NCBI RefSeq assembly: GCF_001194135.2
Contig: NC_068985.1
Span: forward strand, 91,967,103-92,031,102
DNA length: 64,000 nt
Source: Octopus bimaculoides
Lineage: Eukaryota
Direction of reading: 5' to 3'
A program made the translations under genes and the position numbers. Below the pieces are notes generated by a model, which was not told the DNA's origin, searched no databases, and worked only from the letters and a program-made list of their open reading frames with translations. Shown one piece after another: positions 40,264 through 52,600 of this stretch; the stretch's first letter is position 1; each line of letters opens with the position of its first letter.

Positions 40264-40395
40264 CATACATACAAAAATACCCTATTGTTGATGTTGAAAT
40301 TCCAATGAAGGAGCCTTGGATGTAGGTTAAAACTGGCTCTTTCTCTATTGGCAAGAAATCTTCAAATAAACTGAATAATGACATACATACATACG
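39950..40395 (+). mobile_element. R4/Dong-like LINE 3' end (ORF C-terminus and 3' UTR) between (CATA)n tracts
   Basis: LYPDYKFRF / GALGYVT / NTNLEKLGFSKPEKEKLIRRLQIHSIPGTIKVCKTF..* (stop 40172-40174). The UTR ends ctgaataatgacatacatac; (TACA)n lies upstream at 39868-39940. Confidence 0.8.
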
Positions 40396-40996
40396 TAAAT
40401 AATGATTGTTTCATCTTGGCAGACGATAGCTGTCTCATGAACACACACACCACACCCCATCTCTCAGCACAAACACTTTGTTGATGGATCCTCAGATAAG
40501 ATTTACAACCAGCTGCTGACTGACAGGTTTTAAAACACAAGTAATGACTGAAACAAGTAATAGAATAAAAGAATATATTCATATTTTGAGTTCCATTCTT
40601 CCTGTTTTCATCACCATACCTGTATGTATGTGTGAGTGTGTGCGTTTGTGTTTGTGTGTGGTGTGTATGTAAATCAAAGGTAAAATACACAAGAAAGGGG
40701 AATCGTGAAAACATAACAATCAGGAGAAGAACGATAGCACAACAGCGGCAGACAGAAACAAAAACAAGATACACGGATCATTCGCAGTCAATTGTTTCTT
40801 CAGTCGGAGTCTGGAATGTTCACGTATTTTCCTCAAAACCTCTCCGATACTACTCGAAACCAGTTGGGCCAAGGGCTTAAGCTGAAGGCATTAAACACCT
40901 GAGCAAAGCAAACGAATGTACATACACAAACACAAGGGCATAACAAACACAAAGGGTCTTTCGGCTATCGGACGAACGTAACATAAGAAATAGATG

Positions 40997-41038
<42 letters not shown>

Positions 41039-41776
41039 CTGTTCAATTAAAACCCCTTTGTTGTCAATTGTTTATTAATACATCAGCTTTATCTTACAAA
41101 CTGCTTTCAATTGTAACTTCGGTAGCTGTTAACCGATTTAGACGAGGTAAATTGGTTACCGATGCGCCATATTTAACGCTCAGCGATATAAACTATTAAG
41201 GCCCGACTAGTAATAAATAAAGTGCATTTTTGTACTACGGGAAAACAGAATGATATAACTTCGATGAATACCGCATACCAATTATTTTAACCGATAACTG
41301 TCGTCATAACTCAATACCGTTCCATTCCTGAATTACTGAATAGTATATCACATTAATAACTGTTTCAACAAAAATAATGTCACAAATTAATATCATTGGA
41401 TTAAACTTCACATACTTTGTTATTGAAAACGCAAAAATATCGTTTTTTAGTGAGATATAATGCGAAATGTAATAAGTGCAAAGTTGGCAAAATTTTAAGT
41501 CTATAGAAAACAAAAAAAAAATTAAAATGTTATAGAGAGGAGATACTTTGATAATGGTAATGTAGTCATAATTATGTTGCTTTTATTGAATTAAGATGCA
41601 TCGATATCAGTCGAATATAAATGCAAATTAAAAATTTCAGAATGGCAATATAAGAGGAATAATCAATGAGCAACACAAGACGATGTGAAAACAGGAAGAA
41701 CACCCTTCTGTTCTCTGAAATTGATTGATCAATCGTAGTAAATTGTCAGTTTCCAGGCCCTTTTTATTCACTCTGT

Positions 41777-42147
41777 CGTGGAGGTGCAATGGCTCAGTGG
41801 TTAGGGCAGCGGACTCGCGGTTGTAGGATCGCGGTTTCCAGTCCCAAACCGGGCGTTGTGAGGGTTTATTGCACGAAGACACCCCAAACTCCACGAGTCT
41901 CTGGCAGGGAGTGGTCGAGAACCATGCTGTACTCTTTCCTCACAACTTTCTCTCGCTCTTTCTTCCTGTTTCTGTTGTACCTGTATTTCAAAGGGCCAGC
42001 CTTGCCACACTCTGTGTCACGCTGAATCTCCCCGAGAACTACGTTACTGGTATATGTGTCTGTGGAGTGCTCAGCCACTTGCACGTTAATTTCACGAGCA
42101 GGCTGTTCCGTTGATCAGATCAGCTGGAACTGACGGAGTACCACCCC
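41777..42147 (+). mobile_element. SINE family B, full length, with 14-bp TSD
   Basis: A-box tggctcagtgg, B-box-like ggtttccagtccc. Flanks tttattcactctgt (41763-41776) and tttattcaccctgt (42148-42161) differ at one position. Confidence 0.9.
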
Positions 42148-43011
42148 TTTATTCACCCTGTATTTCATGCCAACCGAATGGGAAACCAAACGACGATATT
42201 GGTACATCATATCAGACACACGCACACACATTTGTGAGAGTGTGTGTGTGTTTATATATGAATGTGTGTCTGTGTGTGTATATGAGANNNNNNNNNNNNN
42301 NNNNNNNNNNNNNNNNNNNNNNNNNNNNNNNNNNNNNNNNNNNNNNNNNNNNNNNNNNNNNNNNNNNNNNNNNNNNNNNNNNNNNNNNNNNNNNNNNNNN
42401 NNNNNNNNNNNNNNNNNNNNNNNNNNNNNNNNNNNNNNNNNNNNNNNNNNNNNNNNNNNNNNNNNNNNNNNNNNNNNNNNNNNNNNNNNNNNNNNNNNNN
42501 NNNNNNNNNNNNNNNNNNNNNNNNNNNNNNNNNNNNNNNNNNNNNNNNNNNNNNNNNNNNNNNNNNNNNNNNNNNNNNNNNNNNNNNNNNNNNNNNNNNN
42601 NNNNNNNNNNNNNNNNNNNNNNNNNNNNNNNNNNNNNNNNNNNNNNNNNNNNNNNNNNNNNNNNNNNNNNNNNNNNNNNNNNNNNNNNNNNNNNNNNNNN
42701 NNNNNNNNNNNNNNNNNNNNNNNNNNNNNNNNNNNNNNNNNNNNNNNNNNNNNNNNNNNNNNNNNNNNNNNNNNNNNNNNNNNNNNNNNNNNNNNNNNNN
42801 NNNNNNNNNNNNNNNNNNNNNNNNNNNNNNNNNNNNNNNNNNNNNNNNNNNNNNNNNNNNNNNNNNNNNNNNNNNNNNNNNNNNNNNNNNNNNNNNNNNN
42901 NNNNNNNNNNNNNNNNNNNNNNNNNNNNNNNNNNNNNNNNNNNNNNNNNNNNTATAATATGGATGTTGTTTAATATGTATGTATGTTGATAGATAAATGC
43001 ATATGTATGTA

Positions 43012-43042
<31 letters not shown>

Positions 43043-44104
43043 GCTAATATGCAAATAGGTGTGTGTGTGTGTGTGTGTGTATGTGTGTGTCTCCCTTTTC
43101 TGGTGCAATTTTCATGATAAATACAAAAATTAATTTCAGTTTTAGGCTATTCCCAAAGATAACGAGAGTGTGTCTAAAAACTATCTCACACAGGTATGGT
43201 ATGTGTTACATTAAACCAAAAATATCATCAAAGATCAAAGATAACCTAAACCACAGAGGAACTCTATTGATTTCAGAAGAAGCACTTTGTGGCTAATAGG
43301 ATCAAAAATAATAGTTCCGATAGCTAAAATCGGAATAAAAGAAAGTCGTAGACACATTAATGGATCGCTGATGTGAGCTTTAACAAAACGTGTCAAATAA
43401 TTTGATATGCAATATGTCCTTGCTCTCGAACCAACCTTTAAATGGGTATGAAGGTCTATCGATAAGTCATTTCTAGATAAAGCTCGTGGAAATGAAACGA
43501 ACTTATCTGATTAAACATTGTATTAAGCATGTGAGTATGTATAGTTCTGTCTCGTTCCGTACAACTCATATTTATCCGATTTCCTGGAAATAGCTATTTA
43601 TTGCCGTGGTATTGTTCATTTGTGCTGTGGCAGATTCCAACCAATCAGAGCTGGAAGTGTATGAATAAAACAGTAGTGATCTGCCTTAGCTAAAAACTCA
43701 TTCTTGCAGTGAGGTGGCAGTTTCAAATTAGAATCGGATTCGATGGCATAGAAGCAACATCTCTTCCTTTGACAACCACAATTTTTGTGTCTACCACCAA
43801 CCTCATACAACGCATTTGATCAACATCAGCCTCCACTCTATTTTATATAAACCTCAGGGTATATAGTAAGTCATGCGATTTTTCCTGTCTCGCATACACG
43901 CATATATTTGGTTCCCAATCATATGTAAGATTAATCCTTGTTGCCTCTTGCTAGCACTCATTACAGCACTGAATAAATTTCACTGCTTTCATTTTATAAA
44001 TTTGCCTTCTGAATATTCTTTATTCTCGCCTTATTAGGAAATCACTGAAAATGGATTCTTTTTATGAACTGTCTTTAAAAAGATGCTAACTACACACGTG
44101 TTAC

Positions 44105-44345
44105 AACTCGAACACATTACATATTGTTTTGTTTTTTTCTACTCTAGGCAACAAGGTCCGAAATTTTGGGGGAGGGGGCCAGTCAATTAAATCGACTCAA
44201 GTACGCAGCTGGTACTTAATTTTTCGACCCTGAAAGGAGGAAAGGCAAAGTCGACCTCGGCGGAATTTGAACTCAGAATATAAAGACAGACGAAATATCG
44301 CTAAGCATTTCGCCCGGCGTGCTAACGTTTCAGCCCACTCACCGT
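44105..44345 (-). mobile_element. SINE family A monomer
   Basis: aaaggaggaaaggcaaagtcgacctcggcggaatttgaactcagaa...cgcccggcgtgctaacg is the reverse complement of the family A body. Confidence 0.85.
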
Positions 44346-44988
44346 CTTACACGTTACATATAGTGACTCACACGTAACACGTTACATTAGTGACTCACAT
44401 GTAACAACTCGATTTCCATGGCGTATAAATCAATGACACCACAACGTTCCCCCAGAATGAGATGCCGATCCGTCGCAGAGTTACGCATTTTAAGGCTGTG
44501 TCGTCTGGGAATTATTTGAAATGAAGTGTTTTGCTCATAACCACAAACCCACCACCCGTGGCAGAATTCGATACAATGATCTCCCGATCGTGAACACAAC
44601 ATCCTAACCACTATGCCACGCATCTTCACTACTGCATCAAGAAAATATTCTCTACTCTTTGTAAAATATGTACCATTTTTTACCGCCTCCACTACACCAA
44701 ATTCAGTGAAAAAAGTGATGAACACGACTTTTCTCCTTCCGAATCATATGGCATACCTAAAACGATCAACATAACTCGAGAACATAGAGAGCTACTAAGT
44801 ATCGACTTTGAATCTGTCTACTGTTCATAGAAGTCTGTCAACACTACACAGCACAGGCTTCAAGAAAAGACTTTCATGATATAGCAGTCTAATGGCTGTA
44901 TAACATGAGGCCATGACATTTTTCCGTCGCGCGTATATATATAATATAAGATATAGTTGTGGTTGCTTGTGAGTGTATTTCTCTCTGT

Positions 44989-45025
<37 letters not shown>

Positions 45026-45216
45026 CATTTCTCTGTCCTTGGCTATTCTTTCTACATAAGAGTGTATGCGCGAAACGTAAAAGACTTTCCTTTCTACTTT
45101 TCCTGGGCGGAAACCTGACACACTCTGTTTTTTAACTCATCTTCCTGTTATTTATAATTTTTGCACCATGCACACACATACAAAGACATGCAAACACGCT
45201 CTCTCCGTCTATCACT

Positions 45217-45255
<39 letters not shown>

Positions 45256-47261
45256 GAGTCACCTCACATCATCATACACTACGACAACCAAAGAATTCAG
45301 TGTGGAATTATTTCCCTTCTTCACAATATATGCACAGTCTTTCTAAACTTCCGGACAGATCTGATTTAGTTATGATTTCGATTGCCACGCATGGCAATTC
45401 ATTGCATTCGTTTCTTAACCAATGATGCAGTTCGTAGCTATACTCATCGTCTTCATTAACGTGCGTTTTCTTTTACAAAACAGAACAACGGAGAAACTGA
45501 TTTAAAACCCTTCATTCTAATTAGGTAATATAAATCGAGAATGTAGAGAACTATACACTGCTATGGAAATTATACTATACGATTCACCTACCTTATTAAC
45601 AAACGTAAATCATTTTACGCGTGCAGCAAGCGGTAATTAATTTTACAACTAGTATAAAATGAAAGCTGTGAAGCATTAAACTGGAAGAATAGGCTGGAAG
45701 GAGAAAAAGAGAGAGAGAGAGAGAGAGAGAGCTAATGATTATGAGAAGACCAAGTGTGATCGAGAAACAGTTGGTGATTATACCTTAAAGTTTTATTGGA
45801 AAGGGACAAACGCAAGAAGAAAATATCACCAACAGATTGTAATGATAGCTAATATAATTAAGCTGTGAGTTCCAGTGAATATACAATGAATGAGATAACA
45901 CGAAACCAATATACATTTCTTCCAGAAGGAATAAGCATTTTTAGAAAACTGCTGAAAATAGAAAGCAATGAATATTAGGAAAATATTATGTATAGATATG
46001 CATAAATGAACCAACCACCCACTCACACACACAGAGAGTAATATGCTTACATAAGCATAATCAAAAATGAGCACTTAAGCACACATATATCACATACTCG
46101 TGCAGGTTTATCTTTTAATGGTTCCATCACAGGAGTGGTTGGAAGCCATAAAATTTTGGAGCGTTACGAGACTGGAGAAAGAGAGGAAGAAAGCCCAGGA
46201 TATGAACATTGTTTCGCTACAGGAACCAGAATGGATTTCTCTAAAGAATTATAAGGGTAATGTATTATAGAACGTGTCTTGAATGTTCATTAATGTGTCT
46301 GTTTTCTTATTTTTTGAATTAATAGAAATAGATTCCATGTAAAGTTAACCCAGGTACCTCATGATAAATTTTGAGGAAAGGACAATATTTGAAACGTCCC
46401 TCCAAAAGCAAAAATCTCTAAAACCTTATATATATGGGGTGGGGGTAACGTTGAAACATACATACTAAATCATGTGTAGGACTTTAAACTGCATCCAAAC
46501 ATGGGGCCTTGGTTCGGAAGTTCCAGAGTATTCAGGAACGTAAACCAGCTCTTCAGCACTATTGTTCCCAGATCTCTTCTGATGCACCTGGCATGGTCCG
46601 AACTTTGAGCTAAATAGCATGTTGCAGAATTACATCCCGAAGAATATTATTCACGCACCTAGAGCATTCATTCGACATATCGAAAACTGGTTGATTGTCA
46701 TCGATGACGTCACACTTCTCGTATTCGTGTCGCTCGGACTTGCTGATATTTCCAAAGCGAATATCAGCAAGATGTTAATTCTATATTTCTATTAAAATTT
46801 TAAATTATGCTTTTTTTTTTTTATGGATCCGAAAAGACTTTAAAGTGTAAGATACTGAGAATTCCTGGCCTGCACCAGGTTCAAGAAAGCGTTCGTATGC
46901 GATTGGCCAACGTCCAAAACGTACGGTAACTACGTCTCTCTCTGAAATCATTTTTGTCCTTTTATAAAGAGAAATAACGCAATGGAGGGTGTGGTTCTGG
47001 ATAAAAAACGGAAAGATCACAATCAGAGTCTCTTTGATAATTGATTCTCTTAATCAGGACAGACGTATTGCTAAACAGCAATAAAATCAACGACAGACGG
47101 AGTTTTAGCACGATATGAAATCCAAAATGCTGTTACACAAATATTACTCGTCAACGATTTGAAAGCTAAATAAAGATTCGGAGAAACAATTCTCACCATT
47201 CTATACACTTTTGCAGATGGTCGCAATAAATAAGAACTTTATGGATTTTTGAAAGACGAGC

Positions 47262-47466
47262 TACCAACGTTTCGGCTGGTTTACTCTCGAGCCTTCATCA
47301 GGTGTCCTGGTAGAAATTTGAACCCAAACCTGGGTTCTCATTCCTAAGATATTTTTTTGCTGATATTATTACTATTATTTATTCAAGGCACTGCCTGGAA
47401 TTGAATTCGCAATCTTGGGTTAGTAGCCCGTGCTCTTAAACATTACGCTATATACAGGTGGGCAAT
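47262..47466 (-). mobile_element. SINE family C, 3'-truncated at the hammerhead motif
   Basis: Reverse complement: tRNA-like head, ttaggaatgagaacccagg, gacac-CTGATGA-aggctc..cagcc-GAAA-cgttg, then unrelated sequence. Confidence 0.85.
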
Positions 47467-47539
47467 TATAGAGTGAATTTTAGGGTTCCCATATTATACC
47501 GGTTCCCATATTATACTCATATCTGCAATAGGTCTGCTT

Positions 47540-47912
47540 AGTGTATGGCTGTGCGCGTCAGAGGCTCGCTTTGAAGTCATGTGGTTTCAGATTCAACTCC
47601 ACTTCTCGGCACCTTGGTCAAATGTAAACTATAGCTCTGAGGAGACTAATACTTTGTGAGAGAATCTGGAAGACGAAAACTGTGTAGAAGCCAATCGTTT
47701 ATGTATGTGTGTTTTCATTTGTGTTTGGCTCCTGCTTGACAACCGGTATGGGTATATATATACGTCCCTCAAACCTACCAATTCAACAAAAGAGACCGAT
47801 AGAATAGGCACAAGAATTTTAAAATAACTCTTGCAGCCGATTTGTTCGACTAAACTCCTCGAGGTTTTGCCCAAGCATGGCCGCAGTCAAATGACTGAAA
47901 TATGTAAAATAT
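47540..47912 (+). mobile_element. SINE family D, full length, decayed; partial D copies at 30075-30225(+), 48495-48665(+), 58815-59035(-), 62585-62690(+)
   Basis: Shares gacggaaactgaaagaag-like, aaagagaccgatagaata and gcatggccgcagtcaaatgactgaaa segments with 37050-37429. Confidence 0.8.
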
Positions 47913-49121
47913 AAACGATAAAGTGATACGGATGTGTGCGTAGGTTTTTAAGTATGAGCATCAATATGTTTGTTGCTTTCGTTTTGGAATATAATTCTCG
48001 CTAGTTTCTCAGTGAACATCAACATAGAGTGGCTAATATATTAAATTATGTAAATACCAGAGAAGCCTATTCATCTGTGACTTTCGTTTGAATTATCAAT
48101 ATTTTACCGGCAGTCTTGTGAGATCTTTGATCAGCAGTAGGGCCAGTTCTGAAAATATAATCTTCATACAGGAATTAGGACAAATCACAGCATACAACGG
48201 ATGTACATATGTATGTAGTATATATGTATATATATGCACTAACGAAAAACACATAGGAATAAGCATCAAATATATACATAGATATTTGTATGTAGATGTG
48301 TACAAGTGAGTGTATATTTAACATAAACATATGTATATTTTTATATAAATACACATATATATGACAGGTATATATACGTGAGCGGGGTGTAGCCGTGTAT
48401 ACTTGTATTCTCCATTGTAGTTAATATGTGTATAAAATGTACTCTTAGACATATTTACACCTGCTAGTAATTTTCTGGTTACATATGTGTGTGTATATAG
48501 GTGCAAGTGTGGCTTTGTTGTAAGATGCTTGTTCCCCAATCACATGGTTCTGGCTTCAGTGCGTGGCACCTTGAACAAGTGACTTCTATGGCCTCGGGCC
48601 GACCAAGGCCTTGTGAGTTGATTTGGTAGACGGAAACTGAAAGAAGACCGTCGTATATATGTGTATATATATTTGTTTGTGTATGTGTATGTGAGAGAGA
48701 ATGGTGTGTGTGAGTGTGTATGTGTGAATGGAAGCGAGTGAGTCTGACGCGTGTGTGTGTGTGTGCGTGTGTAAGGTGTGTGAGTGTAAGGTTTGTGGGT
48801 TTAAGGTGTGTGTATGCGGTGTGTAACATTTGATGTGTAATTTTTCAAGTGGTGTGTGCACATGTGTATGCATGTGTGCGTCTGACCGAATAGCGTGCAT
48901 GTATATAGTGCATGGTTGTGTGTGTGTGTAATAGTGTGTGTAATAGTGTGTGGAGTGAGTGATGATTTGAACAGTGTGTAAGGGTGTGTGGGTATATTTG
49001 TGCGTGTGTGTTGAGGGTAGCGATGTGGGCGGTATGAAGGTGTGTTGGTGGAGAGGGGGCAGATGGATAAGGGAAATGTGCGGAAATCAGTGTGGGGTTG
49101 GTGTTAGATGAAGAGAGGAGG

Positions 49122-49470
49122 TTAGTTGAGCCTATATGGCGCAAAGAAACGAAGACAGAAGATTAATTCCTGTTCACGTCGGAGGCGGGAAACCGGGTGT
49201 CCCCCTGTGCAGAAACAGTCCGAATACAAAATGATGCTGTGGCAAATGACCGTTAGCGCCGAAGGGGCACGAGACCGGTGCGAGACCGGTTTGTCATTGC
49301 CGAATCTAGGGCCTCAACGTAGCCAACAAACAGGTTTTCATAGTTGGGGCCCGTTCTCGTTCTCATGGCCACTCCCCTATGAACCAGATACGGTTCTTTA
49401 ACAAATTTAGCAAAGACTATATTGACAGTGGCTTCGAAATTTCGGCTACCCAAGACTTCTTCGGACAGTC
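49122..49470 (-). mobile_element. Internally deleted Penelope-like element (RT motif joined to GIY-YIG C-terminus)
   Basis: YLVHRGVAMRTRTGPNYENLFVGYVE (cf. Y.Q..G.AMGT.MGP.YANLFVG.VE) is followed within about 10 bp by RFGNDKPVSH..NGH and SRLRREQELIFCLRFFAPYRLN* (cf. EQ..IF.LGTL.P.GIN). Confidence 0.8.
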
Positions 49471-50080
49471 CGATGATGGCTTAACTGTATATAATGCATG
49501 CATATGATGTATATCAAAGTACGTGGCTTGTTGGTCAAGATATCGGTTCAAATGATCATAAGATCGTGGGTTCGATTCCCGATGCTTTGTTCTATTGTGC
49601 AAAGTGCCACCTATTGCTTCAGATTGCTCACCTGAAACTGATTACCAACAAGGACAGCTCTAGTTCTTCTCTCTCTTTCTTTTCTCTTTTTTCTTTCTCA
49701 CTTCTCTCTTCTTCTTCTTCACCTCTCTCTTTCTTACTAACTACTTATTTTCAATATGCCGCCAGGTCGATAGTAGGAAGTACGGGAAGTTTTCTATGTC
49801 ACTAGACTGCAAAAACATTCTAAACAATTAGCAAAAGTGTGATGCAAGCTATCATGTCATACTCGCTTGTGAATGGCGGCTAAGCATCTTAAATTAACCG
49901 AATAATTAGAACGCCGGGAAAATGGATTTGAAGCGTCTCTTTTCCTATTTAAATTCTGAGTTCAAATCCCACCACATTCAATCTTACCTTTTATTCGTTC
50001 AGGGTCCATAAAATAAAGTAGTATTTAAGAACTTGTCTATCGACCAATCCCTGCCCTCATGACTGCCGCCTTCTTACCTA

Positions 50081-50296
50081 CGAGGGAGTGCTTAAATGGT
50101 CTTGGCTTCGGGTAAAAGAAAATACAGAAGGGTCAGTTAATTATGATTTTATTCATCATATTCCCTTTACAGATTCACACACTTATTGCAGCGGTCCTTC
50201 AGTTTTTCAAACCTCTGTAAACGAACTTGGAGGATTGGGCCTCTAGCCAGTGATTTGCAGTACTTTTAAAGTCAGGATCTTTTCAGCAACCCCTCG
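50081..50296 (-). mobile_element. mariner-derived MITE with TIRs and TA duplication
   Basis: TA|cgagggagtgcttaaatggtcttggctt ... aaagtcaggatctttttcagcaacccctcg|TA. Internal minus-strand EKLKDRCNKCVNL*.EY is the mariner C-terminus. Confidence 0.8.
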
Positions 50297-51719
50297 TAAA
50301 TCCACCGATGTGTGTGTGTGTGTGTGTGTACGTATATGCGTATACATATATGTACTGCGTATACGTATGCACATATGTGTACGCATATGAGCATCTCTAT
50401 GCATACATAAAAGCGAATTATGCAAGTATGGCTTCATCCGTTTCATGTATTTGCACTCTACTACACAGCTGGAGTTAGATATCAGTATGTGTAGATGTGC
50501 TGATGTATATAAATAGATAGGGATTTTCGGGTTGTGTATGTTTATAATGCATCATTTTTCTGTATGCATTATATTTCAAGGTCTGGCTTAGTTTCACGGT
50601 TGAGTGATTTCTACCATCGCAAAATTCCCCACTAATAAAATTACCACAAGAATGAATCGATTTAACTCAGAAATTCAATAGTAGCTCCACTGCTTTAGCA
50701 AACACCTCAACGCTCCTACCTTGAAATATGAAAATATGTGATAAATCATATAGTTTTTAATTCAATTTTACTTTTACACGGATTCAGTAACATCGAGGTT
50801 CCATTAACCCGCTTACGAGCAACTCATGAGATTGAAAGTAGTCTCTCGTAGTCCCAGAAAGAGACGGTTCAGCAGTTTGTTGATAAACAATGTGAAAAAA
50901 GGTTTTGTTTATGGTGATCGAATGTATGTGATGTCCATCAATTTACTCCCTCTATTAAATCAACGTTGCCTGAAGAAGCGCATGGTGCATCACACTTTAG
51001 ATTTCAAAGTGATAGCCGAACAACATGAGGTGAAGTGTTTTGCTCAAGAACTACCCAGTCCAGGAATCGAAACGCACTACCCAGTCCAGGATTTGAAACC
51101 TCTATCTCGCAATTATAAGTGTAACATCCTAACTATCAGGCTATGCGCCCTTAATATCAGAATATGCATACAACCACCATTTCCATCGGAGTAATTTCAG
51201 TCTGTTGTAACTAATAGTCTAAGAGATTTCGAGGTCATTTTCGACTTCTTTTTATAGAAAAATATATGTCTGATTGTATGCGTTTGGGGCTGTGTATATA
51301 TTAAGCAGTAAACGATGTGTTTTGTTTATACACAATGTTAACTTGAACATGTAAAGAAAACAACGGTTACACCACACGTTGTTATCTTCTCGCGGGAAGA
51401 GGACATTTGAAGTATCTCATCAGTTTTGACTTGTTTTAATTTTATCGGAAAAAAAATATATGTATAATATAATATATAATGGATAATTATATAATATANN
51501 NNNNNNNNTTATCTCCATGATTCTTCATTTCCCTCTGCGTGAGTCTGGAATGGGGTGGGGTGGGGGCAATATTTTACTCATTACCTGCCATGAAGCCCAG
51601 TATTTATACGCAATAGGCAGTCCTTATTTTATCTTTCTATTACTCTCTCTCTCAATCTCTTCAATATCGTTCTCTCTATCTATCCATCTATCTATTTATC
51701 TTTCTCTCTGTCTCTTTAG

Positions 51720-51754
<35 letters not shown>

Positions 51755-52159
51755 NNNNNNNNNNATGCTACAGTGATGAGTAACTTAGGAAGTAGTGAAA
51801 TATGTTATGCATATGATTATCATAATCTAACTTTTATCAAATTTCTGGCAGCATAACACAAATATGAAATGACGGTTAATTTTCGAAAGGAAATTATTTA
51901 TTACTCTACCATATACATCCTCTCTTCCTCCCATCCTTTTCCTTCTCTTTTTTTATCTCCATGATTCTTCATTTCCCTCTGCGTGAGTNNNNNNNNNNNN
52001 NNNNNNNNNNNNNNNNNNNNNNNNNNNNNNNNNNNNNNNNNNNNNNNNNNNNNNNNNNNNNNNNNNNNNNNNCTTTCTATTACTCTCTCTCTCAATCTCT
52101 TCAATATCGTTCTCTCTATCTATCCATCTATCTATTTATCTTTCTCTCTGTCTCTTTAG

Positions 52160-52203
<44 letters not shown>

Positions 52204-52304
52204 ATGTTTGTCTTTCTGTCTCTAATGTAAAGTATGATTGAAATATAATCAACCAAACAACCACCCAACCAACGTTTATATCAGCCATTATTATACAGTG
52301 ATTT

Positions 52305-52518
52305 AGGCGGCGAGCTGGCAGAATCGTTAGCACGTTGGACGAATTGCTTATTCCCTCTGTCTTGACGGTTTGAGTTCAAATTTTGCCGAGGTCGACTTTG
52401 CCTTTCATCTTTTCGAGGTCGATAAGTCAAGTACCTGTGAAACATTGGTGTTAATGTAATCAACTCGTCCCTTTCCTCAAAATTTCAGACCTTGTGCCTT
52501 TAGGAGAAAGGATTATCA
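52305..52518 (+). mobile_element. SINE family A monomer
   Basis: ggcggcgagctggcagaatcgttagcacg ... gagttcaaatt ... gaccttgtgcctttaggagaaagg. Confidence 0.9.
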
Positions 52519-52600
52519 TATAGCGATTAGTAACTTGCCAGCGTAGGTGATGTTTTGCAAGCCTACCTCTGACATATAACGTATAGATGTAGCGTTTGTA

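Noticed and set aside
40720-40881. 53-codon minus-strand frame ending in a hydrophobic stretch (..ILFLFLSAAVVLSFFS*)
   Set aside because: No recognisable homology, weak acceptor context, and a length expected by chance; RNA-seq support would be needed.
46600-46771. Cadherin-like DVIDDNQPVF on the minus strand
   Set aside because: It does not fit DxNDNxPxF spacing, lacks upstream DRE/A.D.G motifs, and the frame closes after about 53 codons.
48650-49080. Long degenerate TG/RY tracts (also 50310-50410 and 54400-54590) with Z-DNA potential
   Set aside because: Such tracts are ubiquitous in this window; nothing locus-specific.
51509-52200. Apparent duplication offset by about 440 bp (51509-51755 repeated at 51953-52200)
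   Set aside because: The copies are identical and bounded by short N-gaps; most likely a scaffolding or haplotype artefact. Long reads would decide.
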